Source: Candidatus Bathyarchaeia archaeon (GTDB taxonomy: Archaea; Thermoproteota; Bathyarchaeia; Bathyarchaeales; Bathycorpusculaceae). Taken from it: a DNA stretch of 64,000 nucleotides. Below the pieces are notes generated by a model. It worked only from the letters and a program-made list of their open reading frames with translations, was not told where the DNA came from and did not search any database. Location: positions 96,001 to 160,000 of the forward strand of contig JAVZLM010000001.1 in NCBI GenBank assembly GCA_038883775.1, in the 5' to 3' direction. The translations under genes and the position numbers were made by a program. Below, piece after piece: positions 49,491 through 59,035 of the stretch (its first letter is position 1; every line of letters starts with the position of its first letter).

Positions 49491-49817
49491 TTATTCGGAG
49501 TATTGTTGTCCATAGTAGCTTGCTATTGTGACTAGGTCGTAAATGTCTATGCGATTCCATGGTGGAGCGTAATTAACGTTTGGGTTCCAGTTCAGCTCAT
49601 CTTCTCTGGAATCATATATTGAGGTTGCTAATATTATGTCGAAAATGTCCACCTTTCCATCACAGTTCACATCGGCATCAGGCGGGTTTATGCTTCCATC
49701 AGCTTTTATATAGACTGTCCCAGTCCATTCACTTCTAATTAGTTTAATTTCGATAGTCAATGCTAGCAAACCTATAAAAAGTAGTAGAAACATAATTCCA
49801 GAAGCAATTCTTTTCAA
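49491..49817 (-). CDS. Secreted mini-protein: signal peptide fused almost directly to a dockerin-like EF-hand pair (probable internal-deletion remnant)
   Basis: Signal peptide, then GTVYIKADGSINPP, then DADVNCDGKVDIFDI..IDIYDLVTIASYYG. Confidence 0.65.
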   Translation of the reverse strand: MKRIASGIMFLLLFIGLLALTIEIKLIRSEWTGTVYIKADGSINPPDADVNCDGKVDIFDIILATSIYDSREDELNWNPNVNYAPPWNRIDIYDLVTIASYYGQQYSE

Positions 49818-49888
49818 TGACCTTTCCCTTCTCCTAATAATTTACTTCTCAGTTAAAAATATATTTTTTATGGAAACCTTTGCCTCGT

Positions 49889-51547
49889 TCATGTTTTAAT
49901 TTTGCTAAGGCGATTTGATCGGTGCTGGAGAACTTTTCCAGGGAAAATTCCTCGGTGCTTCCCTTTTTCAATCACCACCTCTCCGTTAACTATTACATAT
50001 TCTATACCTTCTGGGTATTTGTGTGGATAGTTTTTAAGAGGGAAACTATAGGGAAATCGGCTCGTTGCCCTATCTTTGATTGCGTCAAAATTAAATATGA
50101 CAATATCAGCCCACATGCCTTCCCTCAATAATCCCCTGTCTCTTAAACCTAATTTCTGAGCAGGAAAAGATGTCATTTTTCTAATAGCCTCCTGAAGCGT
50201 TATAACTTTCTCCTCTCTAACGTATTTCTCTAAAATGTATGGATACTCACCATAGCTGCAAGGCGAATATCCTTTAATTTTTCCAAGTACACCATGTCTA
50301 GATGAAACTGCACCATCGCTGCAAACCATCATTAAAGGATGCCGGAGCAAAGTCCGTATATCTTCCTCCTCAATATAATCAAAAAGAGCACTCACATCGC
50401 ATTCTTCCTCGATTATTAAATCAAAAAAAATGTCAAAGGCATCTTTATTCTTAATCCTTGAAATTTCTTCAAGGCTTTTACCTATCAAATTTCTATTTCT
50501 CTTACAATGAAATAGAACAATTCTATCCCAACGTTGGTGTTTTACGAGTCCCACATATCCGGGTCCTGGATATCTATCTTCAATTATTTCCTTTCTAATT
50601 CTTTCTCGAGTATCTGGGTCTTGCAATCTTTCCACTATTTTTTTCTTTCCGCCTACTTGCGCCCATTGTGGAAGTGCTTGAGTGAGTCTAGGGTTAAGAT
50701 CTGTATGTGCATCATTGTCTAATGTAACGTCAACGCCTCGGGCTCTTGCCTTCTCATAAATCTCAAACATTTCTTTAAGTTTCCCGTGACCTCCATATTT
50801 TGGACAATTGTGGGATACTTGCACCGGTACGCCTGCTTGCTCACCTATCTCAATCGCCTCTTTCAGTGCATCTACTATTGTTTCCCGCTCACCCCTTATG
50901 TGAGATGTGTAAAAACCTCCATATCGAGCTACTACTTTACAAAGTTCAATTAATTCTCTTGTTTCAGCAAAACAACCTGGTGGATATACGAGACCACTCG
51001 ATAAGCCGAAAGCTCCAGCCTCCATAGACTCTGCAACCAGATTTTTCATTTCCTCAAGTTCTTTTTCGGTTGGTTGTCTATTCTCAGCTCCTATAACCGC
51101 GGTTCTAACCGTGCCATGTCCTACAAGAGAAGCGACATTAGTGGATATTCCACGCCTCAATTGATTCAAGTATTCATCAAATGTGGTCCAATTCCATTTA
51201 ACTTTTTCAGCGGTCGAACCCCATTGATCTTTAAGCAAATTTAATGTGCGTTTATTTACCGGTGCAGCGCTTAAGCCACAATTGCCAATAACTTCTGTTG
51301 TGACTCCCTGTCTAATTTTACTCTCGGCACGCGGCTCTATTAAAAGCGTAAGATCAGAATGTGTATGAATGTCTATGAAACCTGGAGAAACTATCAATCC
51401 TTTCACGTTTAAAACTTTTTCAGCTTTAGCATCAATTTCAGTGTTAATTTCTACTATTTTTCCGTTTGAAACTCCGATATCCGCCTTAAACCACGGATTT
51501 CCTGCACCATCAATGACGAAACCGTTTTTTATAAGTAAATCAAACAT
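49889..51547 (-). CDS. N-acyl-D-amino-acid deacylase (D-aminoacylase, amidohydrolase family)
   Basis: MFDLLIKNG..DGAG, PGFIDIHTHSD, GNCG, SHIRGE and G.WADIVIF. Start reset to the ATG at 51547. Confidence 0.9.
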   Translation of the reverse strand: MFDLLIKNGFVIDGAGNPWFKADIGVSNGKIVEINTEIDAKAEKVLNVKGLIVSPGFIDIHTHSDLTLLIEPRAESKIRQGVTTEVIGNCGLSAAPVNKRTLNLLKDQWGSTAEKVKWNWTTFDEYLNQLRRGISTNVASLVGHGTVRTAVIGAENRQPTEKELEEMKNLVAESMEAGAFGLSSGLVYPPGCFAETRELIELCKVVARYGGFYTSHIRGERETIVDALKEAIEIGEQAGVPVQVSHNCPKYGGHGKLKEMFEIYEKARARGVDVTLDNDAHTDLNPRLTQALPQWAQVGGKKKIVERLQDPDTRERIRKEIIEDRYPGPGYVGLVKHQRWDRIVLFHCKRNRNLIGKSLEEISRIKNKDAFDIFFDLIIEEECDVSALFDYIEEEDIRTLLRHPLMMVCSDGAVSSRHGVLGKIKGYSPCSYGEYPYILEKYVREEKVITLQEAIRKMTSFPAQKLGLRDRGLLREGMWADIVIFNFDAIKDRATSRFPYSFPLKNYPHKYPEGIEYVIVNGEVVIEKGKHRGIFPGKVLQHRSNRLSKIKT

Positions 51548-51686
51548 ATGGAACCCTTCATGTGCTATCAAATCATATTCTTTAAATATTTTTCGAACAA
51601 TGATTGAGAACTTTATCTTATGGCGAAAAAGATTTAGAGTTGCAAATGTTTGTAAATTACCCTTTAACAGGAGAAAACGATGTGAA

Positions 51687-52970
51687 GTGTCAAAGAATTC
51701 GAAAATAGTATTTTTCAATTTAAGCCTTTTTCAGCTGCTGTCTTTCGTTAGAAGAGGCGTGTTTTACACTTTCATGATAAATTACCTCTTCGATCTTATG
51801 CAAACTGTCACTTCAACAACATTACTTGGAACTTTCAACATGATTTTTTCAGCTTTGGGTCAAAACCTATTATGGGGAAAAATATCAGATCGTTATAGGC
51901 TTAGGGCGAGACTGATAATTGCAGGCGAATCCATAGCTGCCGTCACATACCTAATCGTCTTTTTAATCCACAAGTCTTTGCTAAATGTGCAAGCTAATTT
52001 TGCAGCTGGAGCTTCGTTGATTGTTGGGCTTTCTTTCCTTGAGTTCTTCTGGTCTATGTCAGACGTGGGATGGGCTGCACTGTTAACAGACATAACGACA
52101 ACTAGAACCCGAGGTGGAATAGTTGGCGCACTTAATTTTATTGCATCACTTGGGAGAATGATTGGAATATCTTTTGCAGGCTTCCTATACAACAATGGGG
52201 AAGGTTTCCGCCAAGGAATAATATTCTACATAGTCATTGCGATGCTTATCGCCAGTGCAACAATAATGTGGATCACTTCAATGTTTACGGAAAAAGCCAA
52301 CATAAAAACCGAAGAAGTTATCGTAAAAGACGAGAAAATTGATATTTCCACAAAGAGCAGCAACGGACAAATTTACAAGTGGTTCCTCATATGCCTCATC
52401 ACAATAGTGATTGGTACAGCATGCATAAACCAAGTTTTTCTACTTTTCATTAAACTCCCAGAAGGATTAAACGTGAGTGATCCGGAAATGAGCTTTATAT
52501 TAACAGCTTGGACTTTGGGCGGAATGCTAACTAGTTTAGCCTCTGGATGGTTTGCAGATAGAATTGGAAGAATTCCGGTACTCTTCACAGGATTAATTTT
52601 GGCAATAATAACTCCATCCCTTTATCATTTAGCCTCCAATGTTTTGGGCATGGCGCTAATTTATGGATTAAATGGGATAGGCTTTTGGACAATTCAAACG
52701 GTGGGATTCGCCTTCGCTGGAGACATAATACCCGAAAACAAAAGAGGAAGACTATTCAGTAGGTATAATACTGTGATGGCTTTAGGCTGGGGTCCAGCAG
52801 GATTTTTGGTTGGTGGACCACTGGCAGATATTCAAACCAAAGTTTTTGGTCTAACACCTTACATAGCCTACGTAAACACTTTTTATGCATCATCCATTTT
52901 AACAGCGATAGGCACAGTGTTGTTCGGTTTAAAAGTTGCAGCTCGGAAACGAAAATCCCTTAAATTTTAA
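51687..52970 (+). CDS. MFS transporter
   Basis: WGKISDRY and GWFADRIGR motif-A copies, about 12 TM segments. GTG start inferred. Confidence 0.88.
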   Translation: MSKNSKIVFFNLSLFQLLSFVRRGVFYTFMINYLFDLMQTVTSTTLLGTFNMIFSALGQNLLWGKISDRYRLRARLIIAGESIAAVTYLIVFLIHKSLLNVQANFAAGASLIVGLSFLEFFWSMSDVGWAALLTDITTTRTRGGIVGALNFIASLGRMIGISFAGFLYNNGEGFRQGIIFYIVIAMLIASATIMWITSMFTEKANIKTEEVIVKDEKIDISTKSSNGQIYKWFLICLITIVIGTACINQVFLLFIKLPEGLNVSDPEMSFILTAWTLGGMLTSLASGWFADRIGRIPVLFTGLILAIITPSLYHLASNVLGMALIYGLNGIGFWTIQTVGFAFAGDIIPENKRGRLFSRYNTVMALGWGPAGFLVGGPLADIQTKVFGLTPYIAYVNTFYASSILTAIGTVLFGLKVAARKRKSLKF

Positions 52971-53008
52971 AAAGAAGTTTCGGCTAAATTGCCAAATAGG
53001 CGATTTCA

Positions 53009-53497
53009 ATGCTTGAATTTAAAACAGTAAAAATCGAAGTTCCAGAAGGCTGCAACGTAATTTTAGGCATGGCCCATTTCATAAAAACTGTTGAAGACCT
53101 ATACGAGGCTTTGGTGAATGCTGTCCCAAACATAAAATTTGGAATCGGTTTCTGCGAAAGCTCTGGACCCTGTCTTGTAAGGCATGAAGGGAATGATGAG
53201 GAATTGAGGCGACTAGCAGCGGAAAAAGCCTACGAAATCGCCTGCGGTCACAGTTTCATAATCTTCATGAAGAATGCTTATCCAATAAACGTTTTAGACA
53301 AAATCAAAGGAGTTCCAGAAGTTTGCACAATTTACGCTGCTACGGCAAACCCCTTAGAGGTTTTAATCGTAGAGACAGAGGGTGGTAGAGGAATCGTCGG
53401 CGTCATAGATGGGATGAAGAGCAAGGGAATTGAGAAGGACGAGGATATTAGGGCAAGGAAAGAATTTTTACGGAAAATTGGTTACAAGCTTGGCTAA
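53009..53497 (+). CDS. Adenosine-specific kinase-like protein (DUF355)
   Basis: [29 protein letters not shown] and GVIDG. Confidence 0.85.
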   Translation: MLEFKTVKIEVPEGCNVILGMAHFIKTVEDLYEALVNAVPNIKFGIGFCESSGPCLVRHEGNDEELRRLAAEKAYEIACGHSFIIFMKNAYPINVLDKIKGVPEVCTIYAATANPLEVLIVETEGGRGIVGVIDGMKSKGIEKDEDIRARKEFLRKIGYKLG

Positions 53498-53514
53498 GTG
53501 TTTTCCATAAAAAG

Positions 53515-53540
53515 CTGAGGCAGAGTGAAAGTTGCCTCGG
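53515..53540. terminator. Hairpin between convergent genes
   Basis: CTGAGGCAG-loop-TTGCCTCGG, a 9-bp stem including G:U pairs. Confidence 0.3.
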
Positions 53541-53561
53541 ATTTAAAGTTGTTTTACGCTT

Positions 53562-53798
53562 TTATCTATGAGCCATCAATTCTTGCTGTATTTCAAAAGG
53601 AACCTTTTCTTTCATTCTTTCGGCTGCGTGGACAACCAATTGTTTAAATTGTTTTTCAGTAAGGACCCCACGGGCTCTTGACAGAATTTCTAGGCATATT
53701 TCTTTAAAAACTAGGTCGGCGCAACCCATTTTTGCGTCGTCGATTAATTCTTTGCAAGCTTGAAGGATTTGTTCACTCAAGGCAACTTCACCCTGCAA
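53562..53798 (-). CDS. Small helical hypothetical protein
   Basis: 78-aa ORF filling the intergenic space with normal composition. Start uncertain. Confidence 0.65.
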   Translation of the reverse strand: MQGEVALSEQILQACKELIDDAKMGCADLVFKEICLEILSRARGVLTEKQFKQLVVHAAERMKEKVPFEIQQELMAHR

Positions 53799-53936
53799 TC
53801 AAATACCTTTACCAATAAATATTAAAACACTTATGAATTTGAAAACCGTATTGGAAATCCACATTTTGACTTGCATTTTTAGAACAAAAACTCTATTAGT
53901 GACATGCACGTCGAACCAGCATGGAGTATTAAAATC

Positions 53937-54800
53937 ATGACAAGTGATAAGCAAATAGTTGAAGAATGGAGAAAACAACTTTTGGAACAGCAAGAGAAAT
54001 TGAATATCAGAATGAGTAAAGTAAAACATAAAATCGCAGTGATAAGCGGAAAAGGAGGCGTCGGCAAAAGCACCATAACCGTCAACCTTGCAGTAGCTTT
54101 CGCACTGCAAGGACACGTCAATCACGTTGGCATTTTAGACGCAGACATCCATGGACCAAGTATCCCAAAGATTTTAGGTTTGTCTGGTCAGAGGCTTCAA
54201 GCCGGACCAGCAGGGGTTTTTCCAGCTTTAGGCTCTTTAGGGATTAAGGTTGTTTCTATGGATTTTCTTTTACCGGATGAAAATGCGCCTGTTATTTGGC
54301 GTGGACCATTAAAAATGACCGCCATACGTCAATTTCTCTCAGACATTGTTTGGGGCGACTTGGACATATTACTCATTGATTTGCCGCCTGGAACGGGTGA
54401 TGAACCATTGAGCATCGCTCAACTCTTGCCAGACATAGACGGCGTAATAATAGTGACCATTCCCTCTGAAGTTTCGCAAATCGTTGTTAAGAAGGCTGCC
54501 ACTTTCGCAAGGAGACTTGGAATGCCAATAATAGGCGTAATAGAAAACATGAGCGGATTTATCTGCCCAAACTGCGGCGCAAAAGTTGACATATTCCAAT
54601 CTGGAGGCGGGAAGAAAATAGCTGAAGAAATGGGCATACAGTCTCTCGGAAGTATACCAATAGACCAAAAAATAAGCGAAGCCTCTGACAAGGGGACACC
54701 CTTTATAATAAAGTATCCGGATTCGCCAGCATCAAAAGCCTTTATGGAAATTGTAAAAAAGGTTAAGGAATTTCTGAAAAGCAGAGATGCCGAAACATGA
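53937..54800 (+). CDS. apbC: Mrp/NBP35 (ApbC) Fe-S cluster carrier ATPase
   Basis: SGKGGVGKST, DADIHGPS, WRGP, DLPPGTGD and ENMS..CPNC. Confidence 0.93.
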   Translation: MTSDKQIVEEWRKQLLEQQEKLNIRMSKVKHKIAVISGKGGVGKSTITVNLAVAFALQGHVNHVGILDADIHGPSIPKILGLSGQRLQAGPAGVFPALGSLGIKVVSMDFLLPDENAPVIWRGPLKMTAIRQFLSDIVWGDLDILLIDLPPGTGDEPLSIAQLLPDIDGVIIVTIPSEVSQIVVKKAATFARRLGMPIIGVIENMSGFICPNCGAKVDIFQSGGGKKIAEEMGIQSLGSIPIDQKISEASDKGTPFIIKYPDSPASKAFMEIVKKVKEFLKSRDAET

Positions 54801-55228
54801 GAAGAAAGGCGAAAATTCAATTTATTGGCGTTGTGAAGAGAGAAGGGGAACAAAAAGCAATAATACGAATTTTTCCGAAATTTTGCGCTGGGTTGAAAGG
54901 CATAGAAAATTATTCCCACCTAATCATTCTATACTGGATTCACTTAAGAGACAACAAAGAAGATAGAGGAACACTATTGGTCTTTCCAAAAAAGCATGCA
55001 GTGAAAATTGAAACAGGCGTTTTTGCTTGCCGAAGTCCCTCCCGCCCGAATCCAATAGGCTTATGCGTAGTAGAGCTTTTAAAAGTGGAAAGATGCATAT
55101 TAACAGTTAAGGGGCTTGACGCTTTTGGAGGCTCACCGATAATAGATATTAAACCATACAATCCAAGAGCAGATTCTATCTCCAACGCTAAGGTTCCAGA
55201 ATGGGCACAACACGGCAAACTCACATAA
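54797..55228 (+). CDS. tsaA: tRNA (t6A37)-N6-methyltransferase TrmO/TsaA family
   Basis: GVFACRSPSRPNPIGL and GLDAFGGSPIIDIKPY. Confidence 0.9.
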   Translation: MRRKAKIQFIGVVKREGEQKAIIRIFPKFCAGLKGIENYSHLIILYWIHLRDNKEDRGTLLVFPKKHAVKIETGVFACRSPSRPNPIGLCVVELLKVERCILTVKGLDAFGGSPIIDIKPYNPRADSISNAKVPEWAQHGKLT

Positions 55229-55247
55229 GATAGGCATCGACTTGCTC

Positions 55248-55280
55248 TATAGCTCTATTTTCAGTGCGGGGAGTCGGATT
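55248..55280 (-). repeat. Degenerate copy of the tRNA-Leu 3' end plus flank (older att-like site)
   Basis: tatagctctattttcagtgcggggagtcggatt resembles 59017-59051. Confidence 0.65.
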
Positions 55281-55479
55281 TACGCACAAATTTGCCGAGT
55301 AAATTTTACTCTTTATGAGGAGATAGTTCAAGCTTGGGCTTTAACTTTGCTTGTTATCTCTCTATCCTTTTCAAGCTTTCAACTAGGTTGTGAGCCTCTT
55401 TGAGCACAGTTTCTTGGTCTTAAAATTTCAGCTCCACCTATAAATCTAAAAAACAAGCTTTTTAGCCAAAATAAGCCCG

Positions 55480-55513
55480 TATAAGGCTCTATTTTAAGTG
55501 CGGGGGTGGGATT
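55480..55513 (-). repeat. Near-perfect copy of the tRNA-Leu 3' end plus flank (att-like site)
   Basis: tataaggctctattttaagtgcgggggtgggatt matches 59017-59051 except for one G in the run. Confidence 0.85.
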
Positions 55514-55597
55514 TCAACACAAATTTACCAGTAAAATATAATATCACTAAGAGAATCCAGTTTTCTATTAAACGTTACTAACAGAATAAAATGTACC

Positions 55598-55643
55598 CTC
55601 TGCGATCTTTAAGTCGTATACTCTGCGATCTTTAAGTCGTATA
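55598..55643. repeat. Perfect 23-bp tandem duplication (CTCTGCGATCTTTAAGTCGTATA x2)
   Basis: Read directly from the sequence. Confidence 0.92.
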
Positions 55644-55660
55644 GAATGGGAGAAAGAGAG

Positions 55661-56790
55661 TTATACGATGTTGAACAGTCCGTTGCTACTTTTGCTTGTG
55701 GGTGTGGTTTTCTTAGCGAGGTATAACCATGCTCCGGAAAGAGCCATGATTAACGTCAATGAAAGGGAGTTGGGGATTTCCGGGATTGGTGTTTGTGTGA
55801 TGGTGAAATAGGCGTTGACTAATCCCCATCCATAATATGGGTCCCAACCACTTTCTCCGAGGTCTTCTGCATAATAATAGAGAGTTTCTGTAACTTCCTG
55901 ATGTGTCAGATTCGGGTGCTTAGATAATAGGAGGGCGGCAACGCCTGCAACAAAAGGCGCGGCAAAGGAGGTGCCGCTTCCATAGGCGTATGTGCTATTC
56001 ACCATTGTTGAAAGGATGTTCACGCCTGGAGCACATATATCTATGTAATCGCCAAAATTGCTGAACTCTGCTTTTCTGTCGCTCTGATCTATGGCTGAAA
56101 CGGCTATAACCTTATCGTAGGCGGCTGGATAAAAGGGCTCGCTATTATTGTCGTTACCTGCAGCAGCCACTAGTATGCAGCCCTTCTGATAAGCATAATT
56201 GATGGCGGCTTGCGTGGCAGTGTCGAAGAGGAGGGAGCTTCTTCCTCCAAGGCTCATTGTGATTATATCAGCGCCATGGTTAGCTGCGTATATTATTGCC
56301 AAGTTGAGATCGATCCAGCCGCCACCTTTACTTGTTAACACTTCAACGGCATAATCTTAACTTCGGGCGCTGCACCAGCAATGCCTATGCCATTGTTGGC
56401 CATCGCCGCGATGATGCCAGCCACCATGGTTCCATGCCCATCCAAATCGGTGACATCATCGTTTTTATCAACAAAATTATAACCACTAATAAGATTATCC
56501 TGCAAGTCGGGATGCGTCGTGTCCACCCCAGTGTCAAGTGTCGCAACGATGACCCCTAAACCGCGAAATCCCGTGTCATAAGCCATGTCACATTGGATTC
56601 GTAGCCAGCCCCACTGATCTGGCACGAAAGGGTCATTTACAGAACTTGCTGAGTAAGCCATAACATTGCAGATGAGAATTACAGAAAGCAGCCAAAATGT
56701 TAAGAAAAACACGCGGACGCAACTCGGCATATCACATCCTCTCATGAATGTTTCAATTTTGCATATCAGTTTTCTGCAGTACCAATTCAT
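55661..56790 (-). pseudogene. S8 subtilisin-like serine protease split by a 1-nt frameshift near 56341
   Basis: LDTG and HGTMVAG lie in the upstream ORF; AAGN and GTSFAAP lie in the downstream ORF. Junction KIMPLK/(V)LTSKG. C-terminal PEIP + TM + KK. Confidence 0.85.
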
Positions 56791-57130
56791 ACCTAAAATT
56801 AACTTACAAAGTGCCTATCTCCTTTCAAGAAATACTTTAAATGCGTCGAAAACGTGGCGAAAGATGTAGCTTCTGATCAGTCCTTTGAATAGTGTAAAGT
56901 ATAAATTTTGGCTGTCTATTTCCATATTTTTAAACTTGTTTCTTCTGAATCCCTAAACTCCTCTAAATAAATAGCCGACAGATCTGACAGATACTAACAG
57001 ATCATTAACGGTAAGGTTTAGGTTTTTAATGCAAAAATAGTTACTTATTTTGGATAAATATCTACAGTTAACAATGTTTTAATTGTCAAGTAGACGCTTT
57101 CATATTGGTGTCTACTTGTTGAAGGCTAGA

Positions 57131-58786
57131 ATGGAATATGAATGGTTACACTCCCTTCTAATAGCTTCTATGTTGTTGTCAATTGTAAGCGTGGCGAGCA
57201 TAAAAGTTGGTGGGGCGGTTTCTTACGCTGGTGTTGCTAAATCTATGGAGTTCTACTTTCACTATAGCAACACCCCAGTTCATGTGGCGGGCATAGAAAC
57301 ACATTACATTATGAACACTAGCAAAGTTTTTCAGGCTTACAACAATTCCTTCTATAAACCTATAGGCCTTCCCAAAATTGTTGTGGACTTTTACCTATAC
57401 CCCAATTTCGCTGGACCTGTGGAAATTAATGGTTCTTGGCAAGTTTTCATTTGGGCGAACTCCTCAGCCTACAAACCGGCAACATTTACGCTTCTATTTA
57501 AAGAAGTAACCGTCGGCGGTGTTCTCCTTTGGGATTCAGGGTTACTAAATCCCGTTGTGACAAGCACCATAGGGGGCTACTTGGATGTTCCCGTATACTG
57601 CTATAACCTTACAGTTTCGCTTTCGCATGTATTTAACGCGGATTCAACATTACTTGTTGAAATTGAAGTTAATGCTGGTTCTTCGGCTGATACAAGAATA
57701 TGGTTTGACTCGCCCCAGTTTCCAAGCAAGGCAATCCTACCCGCCCGAGATTATGCAAGACCAGCATGGATTAAAACCTATTCAGTGGATGGTTCAGAAA
57801 CAAACATGTTCTACTACAATGTCAGCGAAAACGAGCGCAAAGTAATTGTCCGCGTAAACGTCACCAACCCCTTTGGAGGATACGACATATATAAAGTGAA
57901 CATAACCGTCATCGACCCTGAAGGCAACCGAGTCATAAACAACAATGACATGATTAGGATTTCCAACGGCTTATGGTTTATAAAATACTCTAACATTTTC
58001 GAATTGAACTGGACTTATCCGTCAACAGTTCCCTTAGGCAACTACACAGTCATTGTTACGGCCATCGACAATAACGGACACTACCATTATGTTGAAATGG
58101 GCACATACCATCCCTTCATCGAAGAGGCAACACACACATTTACTATGGGCACAATAGTGTATTATAGCCCATCGTTCCTGATAACCGACGATGTCGAAGA
58201 CCCACTGCCTAACGCACAAGTGTTCATCACATGGCGAAACGGCACAACAGATAGGCTTCCACGTTACACTTCAAACAACGGCTACATAAACCTCACAGAC
58301 ATTCAACCTGGAAACTATGGATTCACAATCCTCTGGAAAGACACTATCGTAAGCCAAACCACCATATACGTTGACTCCGACGGACCATACACAATAAAGA
58401 CAAACGTCTATCAGCTGACAGTGAACCTTTACGGAAACGATGGAAGACCAGTCCACGGAGCATACATAATCATTTACACTATGTCGGGCGTAGGATACGG
58501 CCTCGACATTACAGATGCAGCAGGCAAAGCCATCTTCAAACTGCCATCCGGAACATACAGGATAGAAGCCTACTACACAACTGACTACTGGCTAACAACC
58601 GTTAAATCAAAAGCCACCGAACAAGCTACAATAACATCATCAACCACAAAAAACATAAGACTATCAGATTACCCACCGGCAATATGGACAACAACAGGAT
58701 TCCTATTACTAATAGCAATAATCATAGCCGCCACAATAGCTGTAGCTTACGCCATAATCACCATCCACAGAAAAGCTCACCAGTAA
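57131..58786 (+). CDS. Membrane-anchored surface protein with Ig/carboxypeptidase-regulatory-like domains
   Basis: N-terminal hydrophobic signal, two D..P..A.V..T...G...LP.G.Y-type modules, C-terminal TM and basic tail, and many NxS/T sequons. Confidence 0.78.
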   Translation: MEYEWLHSLLIASMLLSIVSVASIKVGGAVSYAGVAKSMEFYFHYSNTPVHVAGIETHYIMNTSKVFQAYNNSFYKPIGLPKIVVDFYLYPNFAGPVEINGSWQVFIWANSSAYKPATFTLLFKEVTVGGVLLWDSGLLNPVVTSTIGGYLDVPVYCYNLTVSLSHVFNADSTLLVEIEVNAGSSADTRIWFDSPQFPSKAILPARDYARPAWIKTYSVDGSETNMFYYNVSENERKVIVRVNVTNPFGGYDIYKVNITVIDPEGNRVINNNDMIRISNGLWFIKYSNIFELNWTYPSTVPLGNYTVIVTAIDNNGHYHYVEMGTYHPFIEEATHTFTMGTIVYYSPSFLITDDVEDPLPNAQVFITWRNGTTDRLPRYTSNNGYINLTDIQPGNYGFTILWKDTIVSQTTIYVDSDGPYTIKTNVYQLTVNLYGNDGRPVHGAYIIIYTMSGVGYGLDITDAAGKAIFKLPSGTYRIEAYYTTDYWLTTVKSKATEQATITSSTTKNIRLSDYPPAIWTTTGFLLLIAIIIAATIAVAYAIITIHRKAHQ

Positions 58787-59035
58787 ACAAAACCATCGGC
58801 AAAAGCCACTAAACTGGCGCCTACAACCCAAGGTTTCCCTATTTTCCCTTTTTATTGGCTGAGCAGCATACGCAATGACACAACTTACTATTAGTCGCTG
58901 TTAATTGAACGTAAATTTAAACAATCGCAGAAGATCTTTATTGGTAATTTTACGTTGAAATCTAAGCCCCGCCAACAACGCCATCAAATTTGGGTTATTT
59001 CGCTAAAATACGCTTTTATAAGGCTCTATTTTAAG

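Noticed and set aside
49223-49513. 96-aa ORF spanning tRNA-Ala (likewise 59300-59728 over tRNA-Arg and mdh)
   Set aside because: Overlaps well-formed tRNA genes and shows no protein-family signal.
51369-51718. Long antiparallel overlap between the D-aminoacylase and MFS ORFs
   Set aside because: Artefact of longest-ORF calling. The family N-termini begin at 51547 (-) and about 51687 (+).
55330-55440. Integrase remnant in the small inter-att unit
   Set aside because: Only a short stop-interrupted peptide (VELKF*DQETVLKEAHNLVESLKRIER) with no tyrosine-recombinase motif.
55598-55643. Possible CRISPR repeat
   Set aside because: Only two abutting copies, no spacer, and no cas genes in the window.
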